From NCBI GenBank assembly GCA_905178155.1, contig CAJINV010000004.1, forward strand, positions 3,381,320 to 3,445,319: DNA of 64,000 nucleotides. Reading direction: 5' to 3'. A program made the position numbers and the translations under genes. The DNA comes from Amoebophrya sp. A120 (taxonomy: Eukaryota > Protista > Dinoflagellata). Below are positions 47,889-59,400 of the stretch, piece by piece (within the stretch, counting starts at the first letter, position 1; each line of letters starts with the position of its first letter). The notes under the pieces are model-generated. The model did no database searches, had not been told where the DNA came from, and worked only from the letters and a program-made list of their open reading frames with translations.

Positions 47889-50800
47889 TTAACCTTGTCC
47901 TTGCCCCCCGAGCATTGTCATGCCCCTGCTCTTTCCCCCAGCACCGGCCATTCTTCCGTCGTTGACGTAGAAAATTTCTCAAATGCAAACATATCTGGGT
48001 CTGGAAGATGACAACTCCGAGGTTTGTCATGCTCGGCCACGATGATTAGTGACGAGTCTGTCCTGCATGTTACGACCCCAACGCTCCTTTTTTCTGTCAC
48101 GCAGAAAAGCAGTTCTCCATGCAGAATCAGCAACAACGTAGCAACTCAAAAATTTGTTATGATTGGCCGTCGATTGAGATGTCCTCCTATTCATCCAACC
48201 CCCCGCATTACAAGTTTATTCCAGACGCAGAGGACATAATGTTTGCAAAAATGCATAAATGTTTGTGTTCGTGCCGATGCTCGTGTCTGCCGTAGAGCTC
48301 TTTTTCAGCGGACGCCCAATTTTCCAGATCCCCATACTCTTCCTGCTGCAACAGCTCGCGAGCTGTGGGAAAGAATTTGGACGAGTCATAGTCGTCCCCA
48401 AAAACTTTCCGGAACTGCAATTTCAACCTTTCCTCGAACCTCCTTCGGCGCACCACCTGCTCGCGGTACCGCTTTGTCAGTTGCTTTTGCCGGTGCTTGG
48501 TCGTGGGCGTGGTGAGGAAGTCCTGGAACTTTTTCAACTTGAAATACCCCTTCTTGGGAATTTTCAGATCCGGCGGCAGGTGCACGGAATCGACGACCAG
48601 TCTGTTCTTCCCCATCGGCGGACTTGAGCGCGGCCGGCTGGAGTAGTTCAGGGTCGTCCCCGCGCCGGGGTGGAGGTCGTCGTGTGCTTGTGTGTCATTT
48701 TTGGTGAAGGAGCAGTTCTTGCCTGCGTGGTTATGGTTTGGTCGCGTTCTTCGCGCAGTGGTGGTCCCCCGGTTTTGATGAAAGTTGTTCAATATCTTGT
48801 TGTACTGCGCGCTCGTAGTAGAACGGGAGGCAGAAGTGCAAGGAAACTTCTTGTTCCCGAAATCAACATAATTCTCATGATCACTGCAGGCAGGCGGGGA
48901 AGAGGAGGACCCACTGTCCATTCGTGTTTTCGGCCCAGGAGATACAGCGGCCGGTGGTCCAGCTCTCTCTTCTCCTTCGCTTGGTTGGTCAGCAGCAGCT
49001 GTGCCCCCATTTCTCCAGGAGGAACCCGACACAGCTGTAGAGGACGCTATCTTCACTGGCGCCGGCGCTTTGTTCATCAAATTCATCCCATAATTTCCGG
49101 TACAATTGTGCTGCTGACGCAACTTTTGGCCGTGCAGGATCTGAGCGGTGGACTTCAGCTCCTTAGTGGCCGTTGAGGTAACAGCGACTACTCCTGTATT
49201 CATCTCAGCCGAGCGACCACGCCCTCCCCCCTGCTTGTTCCTGGCAGAGGACGATGCAGCTGTACTATTTGGTTTCGGAGTTCCACGACCTGTCATGATT
49301 TCCTCCTCGCTTGATGTTCTTCCCAGAAGGGATCCAGCAGGTGGGTCCTCTCCGTGGGCCAGAATGCTATCGTAATTTTCCTCACGACTTTCTGCAGGTT
49401 CATCCCCTGTCAAATTTTCAATTGCTCGCAAAGCCTCGTCCCGGGACGAGGAGGACTTCTCCTGCTCTTGGAACACAAGAAACTTCGTGTGTTCGAAAAT
49501 GGGTGAGAGTTGGTGCTCCATCATCCGCTTCACGCGCCGCTTGTTCTCCTGTAACTCCAGTTGAGCTGCGTCGTATGATGTGTTCTCTCCGTAATAATTT
49601 TTCGAACTTCTGCTGTTTGATGAACAAGAAAAGTTTTTATTTTCGGTTTGCTCGACATGATGGACGTGGTAGTGGTGGTGAAAATGCCGGTAGCGAACCT
49701 CTACCTCGACAATCTCGTCTTCGTCGTCGCCCTCTTGATCATGATGTTCTTCACCGCCGTTCTTGTCCTCTCCGGTTGTTCTCGCCGTGGGAACGAATTT
49801 ATTTTCTGCATCACCCCCTGGCTGCTGGTAGTGCCCCCCTGCATGCTGCTCTTCTTCGTCGGGGTCTGCTCCTCGTCCCGGCTTAAACGGACGACTGCTG
49901 CTAATACTATCCTCGACAACACCAGAACTCGTCCACGATCTGTAGTCTTTACTTCTGTTCTCGTCCCGTAGTTCTGCTGGGTGGTCTGGTGCCTTCTTGT
50001 ACGGCTGGATGTTGCTGCTTGTAGTCGTAGATGTTTTAGTGGCTCTAGAAATATTCTTGCCAGTAGAACTACAACTCCTGCTGGACGATGAATTACGAGT
50101 GCAAGGATCTTCTACCACTGGTTTGCTCGTCGACACGTGTTCGGACGCGCCGTTCATTCGCTTACTTTTCTTCCACTGCCGTTCCTGGTCTAGTAGCCAG
50201 GCAATTTGGTTCTGCAAAATCTGCTGCCGCGCTTCCTCCAATTCTTTCGGCTTATGCGTTGCAAAAGTACTATCGCACTCCATAGCCATAATACCCAGCA
50301 ATCGCAGTCATGCATTACTAATCTACTTAAATCTTGTACATAGGCAAATCCCCATGTTTTCGCTGAGGATGCAATTTGTCATGCGATTTCTACTAGCACG
50401 ATTTACATTTACTCTTGCAATGCATACCGCTGCTGTTTCAGCGATTCTTCCACCTCCAGCCGCTGGCGAGCGACCTCTTCCGTAACAAAGAGCGTCAGCA
50501 GGGGCTGGCTACTTCTTCTAGAGGATGATTTATGTTGTTTTGAAAATGCGCGGTCTGCAAGTTGCAGCTGGTATTGTTCCTCTTGCGGTTTCTTTTCAAG
50601 CTGCTGGAGGTGCTGTTGACTTGTTGATGCAGTTTGATCATGATGTGCATCATTCATTGCGAGATGAATTCGATTCGTTGTTGTCGAAGAAATGATGCCT
50701 TCCTGCAGGAGCGCATCAGCAGGGACAGGAGCAGTAGATGCGGGCTGTACTACGTCACCAGCATGAGCTCCTTCTACGGAGGTGTTATGCTTCTTTTGTT

Positions 50801-53719
50801 CTTCTCCGGTTACAATAATCTTCTTCTTGTGCAGGAGCTTAGTACCGTTCGAAGAGCCACCAGTCTCGTCGTCGTGGTCGGTCACATCTTCTAGCAACGT
50901 CCTCTTGGGCCGCGGTGAAACAAGAACTCCTGCTTTCTTGTTTTCTTCTTCCCTCGAGCTGTTGTTTCCTTTTGTTTTTGTTCTCATTGTCGGGGACTCG
51001 TTATCTTCCTCGGCCGACGAGAACTCCGCGACTTCTACAGCACGACCCTTTGAAGTAGAAGCACTTGCGGCAGCGCCCTGCGGTTGTGTATTTTTGATTG
51101 CGGTCTTATGCTGGCGTGAAGATGATCCATTTCCGCTACTATCCGGATCTGATGCCCCCAGTTCTCCGAAGCAGACAATTTTTCCTTCTTTAATACCAGT
51201 ACTCGTCGCGCCGGAACAGCTAGTTGTATCATGATCCGATATCAGAAGGAAAAATCCCCCCTCCCCATATCGAGACGAAGTCTCTGATGCTGGATTTCCG
51301 GACACAAATGCGCGCTGCCTTGCAATACGGCATCGCAGCCAGACCCTCAGCCTAGGTAGGGGCGTCTGGATCTAGTAGCTTAGCATTAAAAACGGCCGCC
51401 CCCTAGGCCCAACAGCATGCTAAATCGCTTCCATCATGGCGCGAAAGCCTCTGCGCTTATCTTCTTGCAAGACAGACGTTATTTGTGGTTTCAAATCAGC
51501 AACACAAATTTTCGGAAACGTACCTTTTCGATATGGGGCAAGGGGATTTTTCCTCTCAATATCCGACGCCGTTTCATCATCCTCCTTCACAAACTCCGCT
51601 GCCGCGCGTGCGGACAAAAAACCCGTTTGTTTACGCCGTAAAACTGACCCGGATTTCTTGACCGGCTATGACGTGCAAATATGTCTGGGTCTGGAAGATT
51701 CTGAGACCTGTCATGCACGTTTTGCGTGAGCCATGATGTCTGTGATGCATGCCCCAGCATCACAGGCTTTCTGAGGGGGGCTTCTTGATGCCTATTCCGC
51801 ATGACAAACGCCCTCCCCGCGTAGCACAAACTAGGCTCCTCTTGCTGGTCATGCAATACAAATGTTTTCCTTTTCAGAGTCCAAAGTTAGCATCACAAGT
51901 TCCAAATTTCCAGACCCAGATAATTTTGCATTTGATACCGGCTGTTGAGCAGGTATTTCATCTTTGTTCTCCTCGTCGCCACTCGTTGTTCCAGGAAGAT
52001 CATCGTTTTTGTCTTCCTCCAAAAAGCGTGCACTTTTCGTACTTTTTTGCAGCTTTTGTTCCGGACAAATATGCTGCACCTCCCGCTTCGAAGGAGGAGA
52101 TTGCGCTTTTGCCGCCGCGGCGGGGTGAAAATTTTCTCGTCCACGTCCACCCTGGTGCGACGCTTCTGACGAATCTACTTCTGCATCCACGAACCGCGGC
52201 GTTTGTTGAAAACGGATTTTAGAGGAGGGTGGTGAAGGAAAGCCGGCTTTTTCTCCTGCAGTAGAACTTGTTGCCGTCCCACTTGGTTTTGTTGTAGATT
52301 TGCTCTTTGTTATTTTGCTACAACCAGCTTTACTTGTTGTCGTTTCACCACCTGTCGCAGCAATTTTTCTTCCGCTCTTGTTTTTACTATTGTTCTCAGA
52401 TGTAGTCGACAGGGAAGGAGAGGAACATCCCAGCACTGCTTTTGATGAACACATGTTTTCACTTTTGTTCTTTTCTGCCGACTCTCTTGACCAATTATCA
52501 GATGTTTGTTTGGACGTCGCAATCCTTTCCGCTACATCTGCGCGACCACCAGCAAGAGGGGGTCCCGAGCAAGAGTCATGATCTGGCCGACCTTCGTCAT
52601 CTTCTTCGTCACTAATGTCCGTGCTGGGTGCTCGATGTATGGCGAACGCGGTCCCCTTCCGTTGCAGCGACCCCTTTTTCGCGACAGTGTTCTGCGCTCG
52701 AAGCTTTTCTGAGGAGATCACATGTGTGACCGAGTCGTTCGAATTGTCTTCACTGTCGCCTTCGTCGTCCCCACTGCTACCCCTGTTCGTGCTGCCATCC
52801 TGCTTTTTATCCCCCTTGTTCATCTTCCCCGGCGTAAAGCGCGCGAACGCCGTGCCTTGCCTTTGCAGCGTCACCCGCGGCTTGCGGGACGATAACGTCG
52901 TGGCATTTTTTTCTCCGTTTTTGCCGTTTTTTCCGTCGCCGCTCGTGTCTGCATCTGAGGTGTAGGTCGTGATAGTGAAGATAGTGACTTTTACTTTTTA
53001 TTATTGTAGTTCACAAGACATCATTGTAGTTCATCTGACAGAAAAACTTCTACACGGCGTCACAAGACCTCCGAGGGTCCTCTTTATCTGAACAAGCCCT
53101 TCTTCAGTACCTTTTGTCACCTCTACTTCGTCGTCCTTCTCATCCTGAAAATGCACCATTGCATCCATGGCCGGCAAATCCTGCTTGTGCACAAACTGTG
53201 TCCCCTTCCGGACGAAACTGCGCTTCCCAGAGGAGCTGCCCTGCGAGCCGGAAACAGTAGGCCGCCGAATCTGTACCTGCTTCCGGATCTCCGCCACGCG
53301 GGCGCGCGCGGCGGCCCGGGCTGTTGGATGCGAATTTGGAAACATTAAGGGTGTGTCTTCAGAAACAGGATCTGTTCATGTTGAAAGGCCTAGAAAGAGA
53401 TACTGATCAATGTTGAATCAAATTGTTAATCATCGATTTTTCCTTTTTCATCTTTACGACGAAAGCTATTCATAGGCTTTCAAGAATGAGCAGTATTTTA
53501 ATCGATGATACAGCTGGTCGGTGAGGTTGCGCCCGAGCTCCCCGCCTCTTCGAACGTCGCACGCTTCGAGCTCATCCTGTACTTTGTGCTTGTCGTCCCC
53601 GCGCTTGTTCTACTTCTAGATGCCCTGTGTGGCAATGGCTCAGAATCAGATCCCGATCCTGAATATCGCCGGCCTAGCGCCGCTCTCCTGCGCGGAGGAT
53701 GAATGACCGCCACTTCCAC
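47889..53719 (-). CDS. Very large low-complexity (Ser/Gly/His/acidic) hypothetical protein; 5' exons uncertain
   Basis: The 341-, 298- and 697-aa ORFs join in frame after removing elements at 51667, 51240, 50253 and 47977; stop TAA at 47889-47891. Confidence 0.65.
47977..48257. mobile_element. Introner, degenerate type A (left terminus tct instead of tat)
   Basis: TSD aaatt/aatgt; frame restored (HKH-FYVND). Confidence 0.8.
50253..50426. mobile_element. Short diverged introner
   Basis: tatgcgttgcaaaagta...tactcttgcaatgcata; TSD cggct/ccgct. Confidence 0.85.
51240..51561. mobile_element. Introner type D
   Basis: TSD tccga/tccga. Confidence 0.92.
51667..51937. mobile_element. Introner type A
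   Basis: TSD ccggc/ccggc. Confidence 0.92.
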
Positions 53720-53977
53720 TTACACCAGCACATCTTCGTTTTCTTTTGTGATTTCATCTACAGGAGAGGATCATGCCTGCTCACCATCGTCCTCGCTCTG
53801 CCTGTATCACTGCTTTCCGATTGGTCAACACGATAACGGACACAGTCAGGGGCCCCTAAGCTGAAGCACTGAGCCAAACACGCTTTCGCGCAACTGCCGG
53901 CTTCGTCCCTCCGACCACAGGCTAGTAAGTCACTGCACACAACGCGCTCTCATCCGAACACCAGCTTGAACGAAAAA

Positions 53978-55473
53978 GACGCACGGATTCGGGCCCTTTG
54001 ATAGGTAGCAGGCGCCACACACAACAACGACAAAAGGCGTGAAAACAGCCGTGCACACACGGTCAGGGCGGGCCGCCGTCAGCGCCAACCCACGAAGGGC
54101 CCGGGCCGCCGGGCTGCGCAGACCGCGGCCGCGCGGAGGGGGGCGCGCAACCTTTTGGGCGGGCGGGCGGCTCCTTCACCACCGCAAAACACACGGACTG
54201 ACAGACAGCGGCGGGCCCGCCGGCGACGGCCCCGGTAGCCTGCGCGTGCCCGCCCTGGCTTGCGTTGGCCCTGTTCGGTCCCCACAGTGTAAAAGCCGCG
54301 CCCCGGCCGCAGCGCCTTGCCCCCAAGGTAGGGGGGGGCCGACAGGCGGCCGTGGCGCGCGGCAACGTAGCCCAACCAGATAGCCCGGAGGCCACCGAAC
54401 ACGCAAGCCCCCCAGCACCACACCACGCCGCCACGCCTTGGCCCCACGCCACGAATAGACGTAGCCGGTCCTTCCGCCTTTTGTGCTCGTGGGCGTTCTT
54501 TGGCCGTGCGTTTCCTGCGGCCTTGAAAACGGAGGAAGACGGGTCACGTTGCGCGGGGCCACGGCGTGGCACCGTGGTGCGCTGCTGATGGGCTGCAATG
54601 GCGGCGGGGTGCGCCACGCAATCCACCCCCCCCCCAAACCCCTCCACCAATGGCCCGGCTTCGCCCCCCCGAGCACTCCGAGAAGGCCCGGCCGGGCCCG
54701 GGGAACCAACGAAGTGGGCCGACGGCCCAAGGCCTCGCACCGCGCCGCGAGTTCTTTCGCCTTATTCGCCGCATGCCCTGCGGGGCTGTTGAGGGCGAGC
54801 CCGCTAGCTTCATGGGCGCGGCAGTCAAAGAGGTGGGCGCCGCATCCGCCCCGCGCGCGCGGAATCCGCCAAGAGCGCCCACGCTGATAGTTAGCCTGCT
54901 GAAGGTTCGTTTTTAATTCCCGTGGCTTTTCGGTCGATGTAGCTCGCGCAATGCTTCTCGAGTTGTGTTGCGACTGCACGGCGCCCGCGCTTGCGGCCAC
55001 CGCGCCACAACCCCCCGCGGCGCGTGCATGGCCAGGGCCCGACTGCTGCCCAGTGCGCTCGCACTCGTTGAGTTGTAGCAATGCGCCGCGGCGCCACAGG
55101 GCTCATCGAATTCAGCGGCGGCCGGCGGGGCCCCCGTGCCATAAAATCTTCCCGGGGGGTGGCAGAACCGCCCACGCCTTCGGTTCCCGGAAAGCGCGGG
55201 CAGTCTTTGTTTGGCTCCAATCCCGCGGCGCCGAGGAATAGCGCCGCCGCCTTTAGCGGTCTCCAACAAGACCCGGCCAATCGGACTGCGGTTCGGCGGG
55301 GGGCTCGCCCGGATCGACATAACAGCCCGCCACCCGCGTCGTGTCCAGCAACCCCCGGGAAGTGCTCCGCTTTGAGCCATTTCCGACTGCAAGCCCACGC
55401 GGGACGCTGGCCGCTTCGTTTGTTTATGGCGCGTGGCCCTATTAAGTATCACTAGCGGTTCACCCCGTGCGTC
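53978..55473. mobile_element. Candidate GC-rich intergenic insertion with weak terminal inverted repeats
   Basis: Abrupt GC shift; gacgcacgg / ccgtgcgtc at the ends with patchy further pairing; no TSD seen. Confidence 0.4.
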
Positions 55474-56440
55474 GCCACTTCACTGATCAGAAGAAGGAGA
55501 AGCATGATCTGCTGAACACAGAGCGAGAGCAAAGCAAGACCGTTGCTAGTGCCGTGTAGACAATGACAGCTGTTGGCGATCATCTATTTCCATTACTACA
55601 CTGTCGCATTGTGAGTTGTCGTAGAAATCCTCCGTCTGTTCTACGTAAACATAGTCAAGTGAGACCGTGTTTCCATTACAAAATTTTTCACTCCTCATCT
55701 CCGCAGCCACTGCTTGTCGGAACTGACGAGTCATTCGATTTTTCCTAAGAATAACTGTTCCCGATGAAAAACGAGAGCAAATCGAGAAAAAGTAACTTCA
55801 GATGTCCCTGATGGCGAGTCGTGGTGTCCTCACTACTTTACTGGAGCAGTACAGATGGTGGACCTCCTCATCTGTGCTCTGTCTGCCAGTGCCATCTGAG
55901 GAACCCTACAAAAATAGCCTGTAAATAAAAACGCCAGCAGATTATGAAAAGCATCTGACAAAACGTCGCTCGTGTTAGAAGGTCAGATCGGCAAAAATTT
56001 CTGTGAAGCGAGAACTTACGATAAATCAGTGTGTAATTGTGGTGATAGCAACTCCTCTGTTTTGCGTCGGTGTCGACGTCGACTATGCAAATGTATGAAA
56101 ATTATCCTACAACAAGCCTCGTGATGTGTCGAAGTACTTAGCTATAAAAGTATGTAGCATGAATGAGTTACCGTTAACGTGGAATGTTCAAACTAAAATG
56201 TTGAGTGCGCTGTCATCGCGAAGGCGTCGCTTGGAGCCGAAGCGCAACCCGTGCGCCTTTGCTTTTTGAATGAATATGAATATAAAAGAAAAAGTTGTCA
56301 ACATCTGGCTGCAGGTGCAGATATACGAGAAATCTTTTGACGATGAATGTTGAAAATCTAAATCAATAGCTTAAACACAAAAAACAAGTGGTTCCTGGCT
56401 GTCTGTACTAAAGAACAACATCGACCTCCTTTCCCTCCGT

Positions 56441-59400
56441 TCACAACTCCGGGAAGGGCATCCCAGTCATTTTGATGTGTTCCTGCTGGATCTGTTGCGT
56501 CCAGTAGTCGCTGCGGTCCTTCGGCTTCACCTGACACTCTTCCCGGACGTGTTCCGCCCCCGGGTAGCCCGTGGGGTACAACGACAGCTGTGCGTAGCTG
56601 CCCTCGATCATGTCGGGCACGTCGGTGCCCGCACCACCCCCGCCGCCGGCCAGCTTGATAAAGTACCGCGGCATTCCCTCGGGCCCCGGCTGCTGGCGGA
56701 AGAAAATGTTCGAGGCCTCGTTGTATCAAATGCAAATATGTCTGGGTCTGGAAGGATGCAAGGTTTGTCATGCTTGTCTGGCATGACTGAAGAGTTTGTC
56801 ATGCGCGTCCAAGGAGAGACCCTTTTGCTTGTCATTTCATTTCATTGAGACTGCAAAACGCAGTTTGTCATGCGGAAAGCGCAACACTAAGCCGCGCAAA
56901 TATTTCTCATGCTTGGCTGTGCATTACAGAGAATTCACTACTCACCACTCAGCATTACAAGTTTCCAGACCCAGACATATTTGCATTTGATACGTTGGGT
57001 TTCCCCAGGGCGTTGAACTTTTCGTGGATCCAGAAGGGGCCGTTGTTATGGATTGTAAAAATGTCTGGGTCTGGGACTGGGAGATTGCGAGATTTGTGAT
57101 GCTAGTCTGGCATGACTCTGGGATCTGTATTGCGTGGCAACCAAGAGCTCCTCTGGCCTGTCATGCAAACACGCAGTTTCTCATGCGGAATACGCAACAC
57201 AGAAGCATGGAAAAACTTGTCATGCTTGGCGGCGCATTACAGTGTCCTTATTATTCAGTGACCTGCATCACAACTTTCCAGACCCAGACATTTTTGCATT
57301 TGATAGTTGTAGGCCGAGTCCCACTGCACGAAAAACCGGTCCGACATGCGGAGCGCCGGCGCGTCGTCGATCGGCACCACAGGACCCTGCGCCGGCTGGA
57401 ACCCCTTGGGCGCGATGGGTTCGTTCAGGTACCGGTATTTTTGCATCAAAAACTGGTGCGCCACGTGGATGGAGAAGTACCGCGGCTCGTTCATGTTCTG
57501 AATCGTCCCCCGCCCCCCGAGCGGCCCCTTGGGGGACCAAAGTTTCCGCAGCTGGGCCTTCGTGCCCAGGATTCCCACTTCCTGAAACTCCTGCTTCCAG
57601 AGGCAGGTAAACTCCGCGGCCACCGGGCTGGCGATAAACCAGGACTCCAACATGGGCAAGTTGGTCACGCCGTCTTCCATCTGGGGAATGTTGAAGGCAA
57701 ACACCTGCGCATTCACATCCACCGGGCTCTGGTATTTTCCGTCGCCCGGACTCTCCGCGGGGACGTGCGGGGTCCCCGGCAGCGCGCCCTTCTGCCAGGG
57801 CTGGAACCGGGCGTTGAGCCAGTCCAGGTTCTCTGTCGGGAAGGAGGTGGCGTCGATGTAAGCGCCCCCAAACCGGTGGAGCACGGTGAGCCTTACCAGG
57901 TCGGAAAACCGGGGCGGGCTCAGGTAAATGCCGACGGATTCCATCACCCGCTGCGACACGTACCGCTTGTAATTGCTGGTGTATCAACTGCAAATATGTC
58001 TGGGTCTGGAAGGGTGCAAGTTTGTCATGCTTGTCTGGCATGACTCGAGAATCTGTGTTGCATGGGCACGAAGCGGTCCTCTTATCTGTCATGCGAAAAC
58101 GCAGTTTGCCATGCGGAACACGCTACACATGGGAGCCCAAAAAATTTGTCATGCTTGGCTCCGTATTGCAGTGCCAGTGGAAGTCTCATTCACTTTTAGC
58201 ATTACAAGTTTCCAGACCCAGACACATTTGCAATCCATATGGTGCTCAGAAAGACGATGGTCCACTTGCGCCCGCTGGGGTATCAAAAGGAAAAATCCCC
58301 CCTCCCTATATCGAAAAAGTATGTTTCCGAAAATTTGTGTTGCTGATTTGTGAGCACAAATCTGGTCCGTCTTGCAAGAAGGCAAACTCAGGCTGTCCGC
58401 CATGTTATGCAGGCGATTTGTAATGCTGTAAGGCCTACAGGGTAGCCGTCTACCGTGCTAGGCGCCCACACCAAAAGGCCGCCGCTTAGGCTCAGGATCT
58501 GCGTGCATTCCTCTACTGCAACACAAATTTGATTTGTGTATCCAAATCCAGCATCAGAAGTTTCGTTTTGATATGGGGAGGGGGGATTTTTGCTTTTGAT
58601 ATGGGGTGCCAACTGTTCTGCAAAGCCCGGACCCAAGCCAGGTACCCGCGCCGGACGGAGCAGGGCGCCCCCGCAATGCCCTTGTCCCAGAACATCCATA
58701 AAATCGGGGTCAGGCTGCCGTCCTGTGGCACGTTCACGTACCCCACCCGCTCCATGTCGGTTTGATTCAAGGGGATGAAGCTATATCCTGTGTAAAAACG
58801 AGCCCACCCCAGAGTTGTCATGCAGATTTGCCATGACAGGAGCATTTGTGATGCGCATCCCCATGACAGGCGTTTTCGATCGTGTTTGGGAATTTGTAAT
58901 GCTGTAAAAAGGATAAGCAGATCGATTTGTAATGCGGCTGTCCTTGCTATCATCTTGCACTACCTTACGGACTGCAACTTGTCATGCGTCACTTCCAAAA
59001 CTCCTAGGTTTGTGTTGCAAAATCCCCATCTTGACTCTGGGGTGGGGACGTTTTTACCTAGGATAAGCTACTCGACGTGTTCAGGAAGCGCTCGGGCACC
59101 TCCTCGCCGGTCGCGTTGTACAGCGGAATGTTGACGCCGGTGAGGTCCTATCAAATGCAAAAATGTCTGGGTCGTCTGGGAGATTCCGACATTTGTCATG
59201 CCGTTTTTTCAAGCTCCCCCACGTCTGGAATGCAGGGCCTAGCATCACAGGTTCTGCAGCTCCGTGGTGATGCGTACTTATTCTGCATGAGAAATGCCCT
59301 CTCAGCATGGCCAGAAGTTGGCACCTTTTGCACGTTCTGCATGACAGATCTTTGTGGGATCCGAAACACGCATCACAAGTTCGGATCCGTCCAGACCCAA

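Noticed and set aside
54039-55455. Overlapping long ORFs on both strands
   Set aside because: Expected from stop-poor high-GC sequence; no domain recognised.
57024-58092. 339-aa plus-strand and 274-aa alternative-frame ORFs
   Set aside because: Shadow frames of the GC-rich glycosyltransferase exon.
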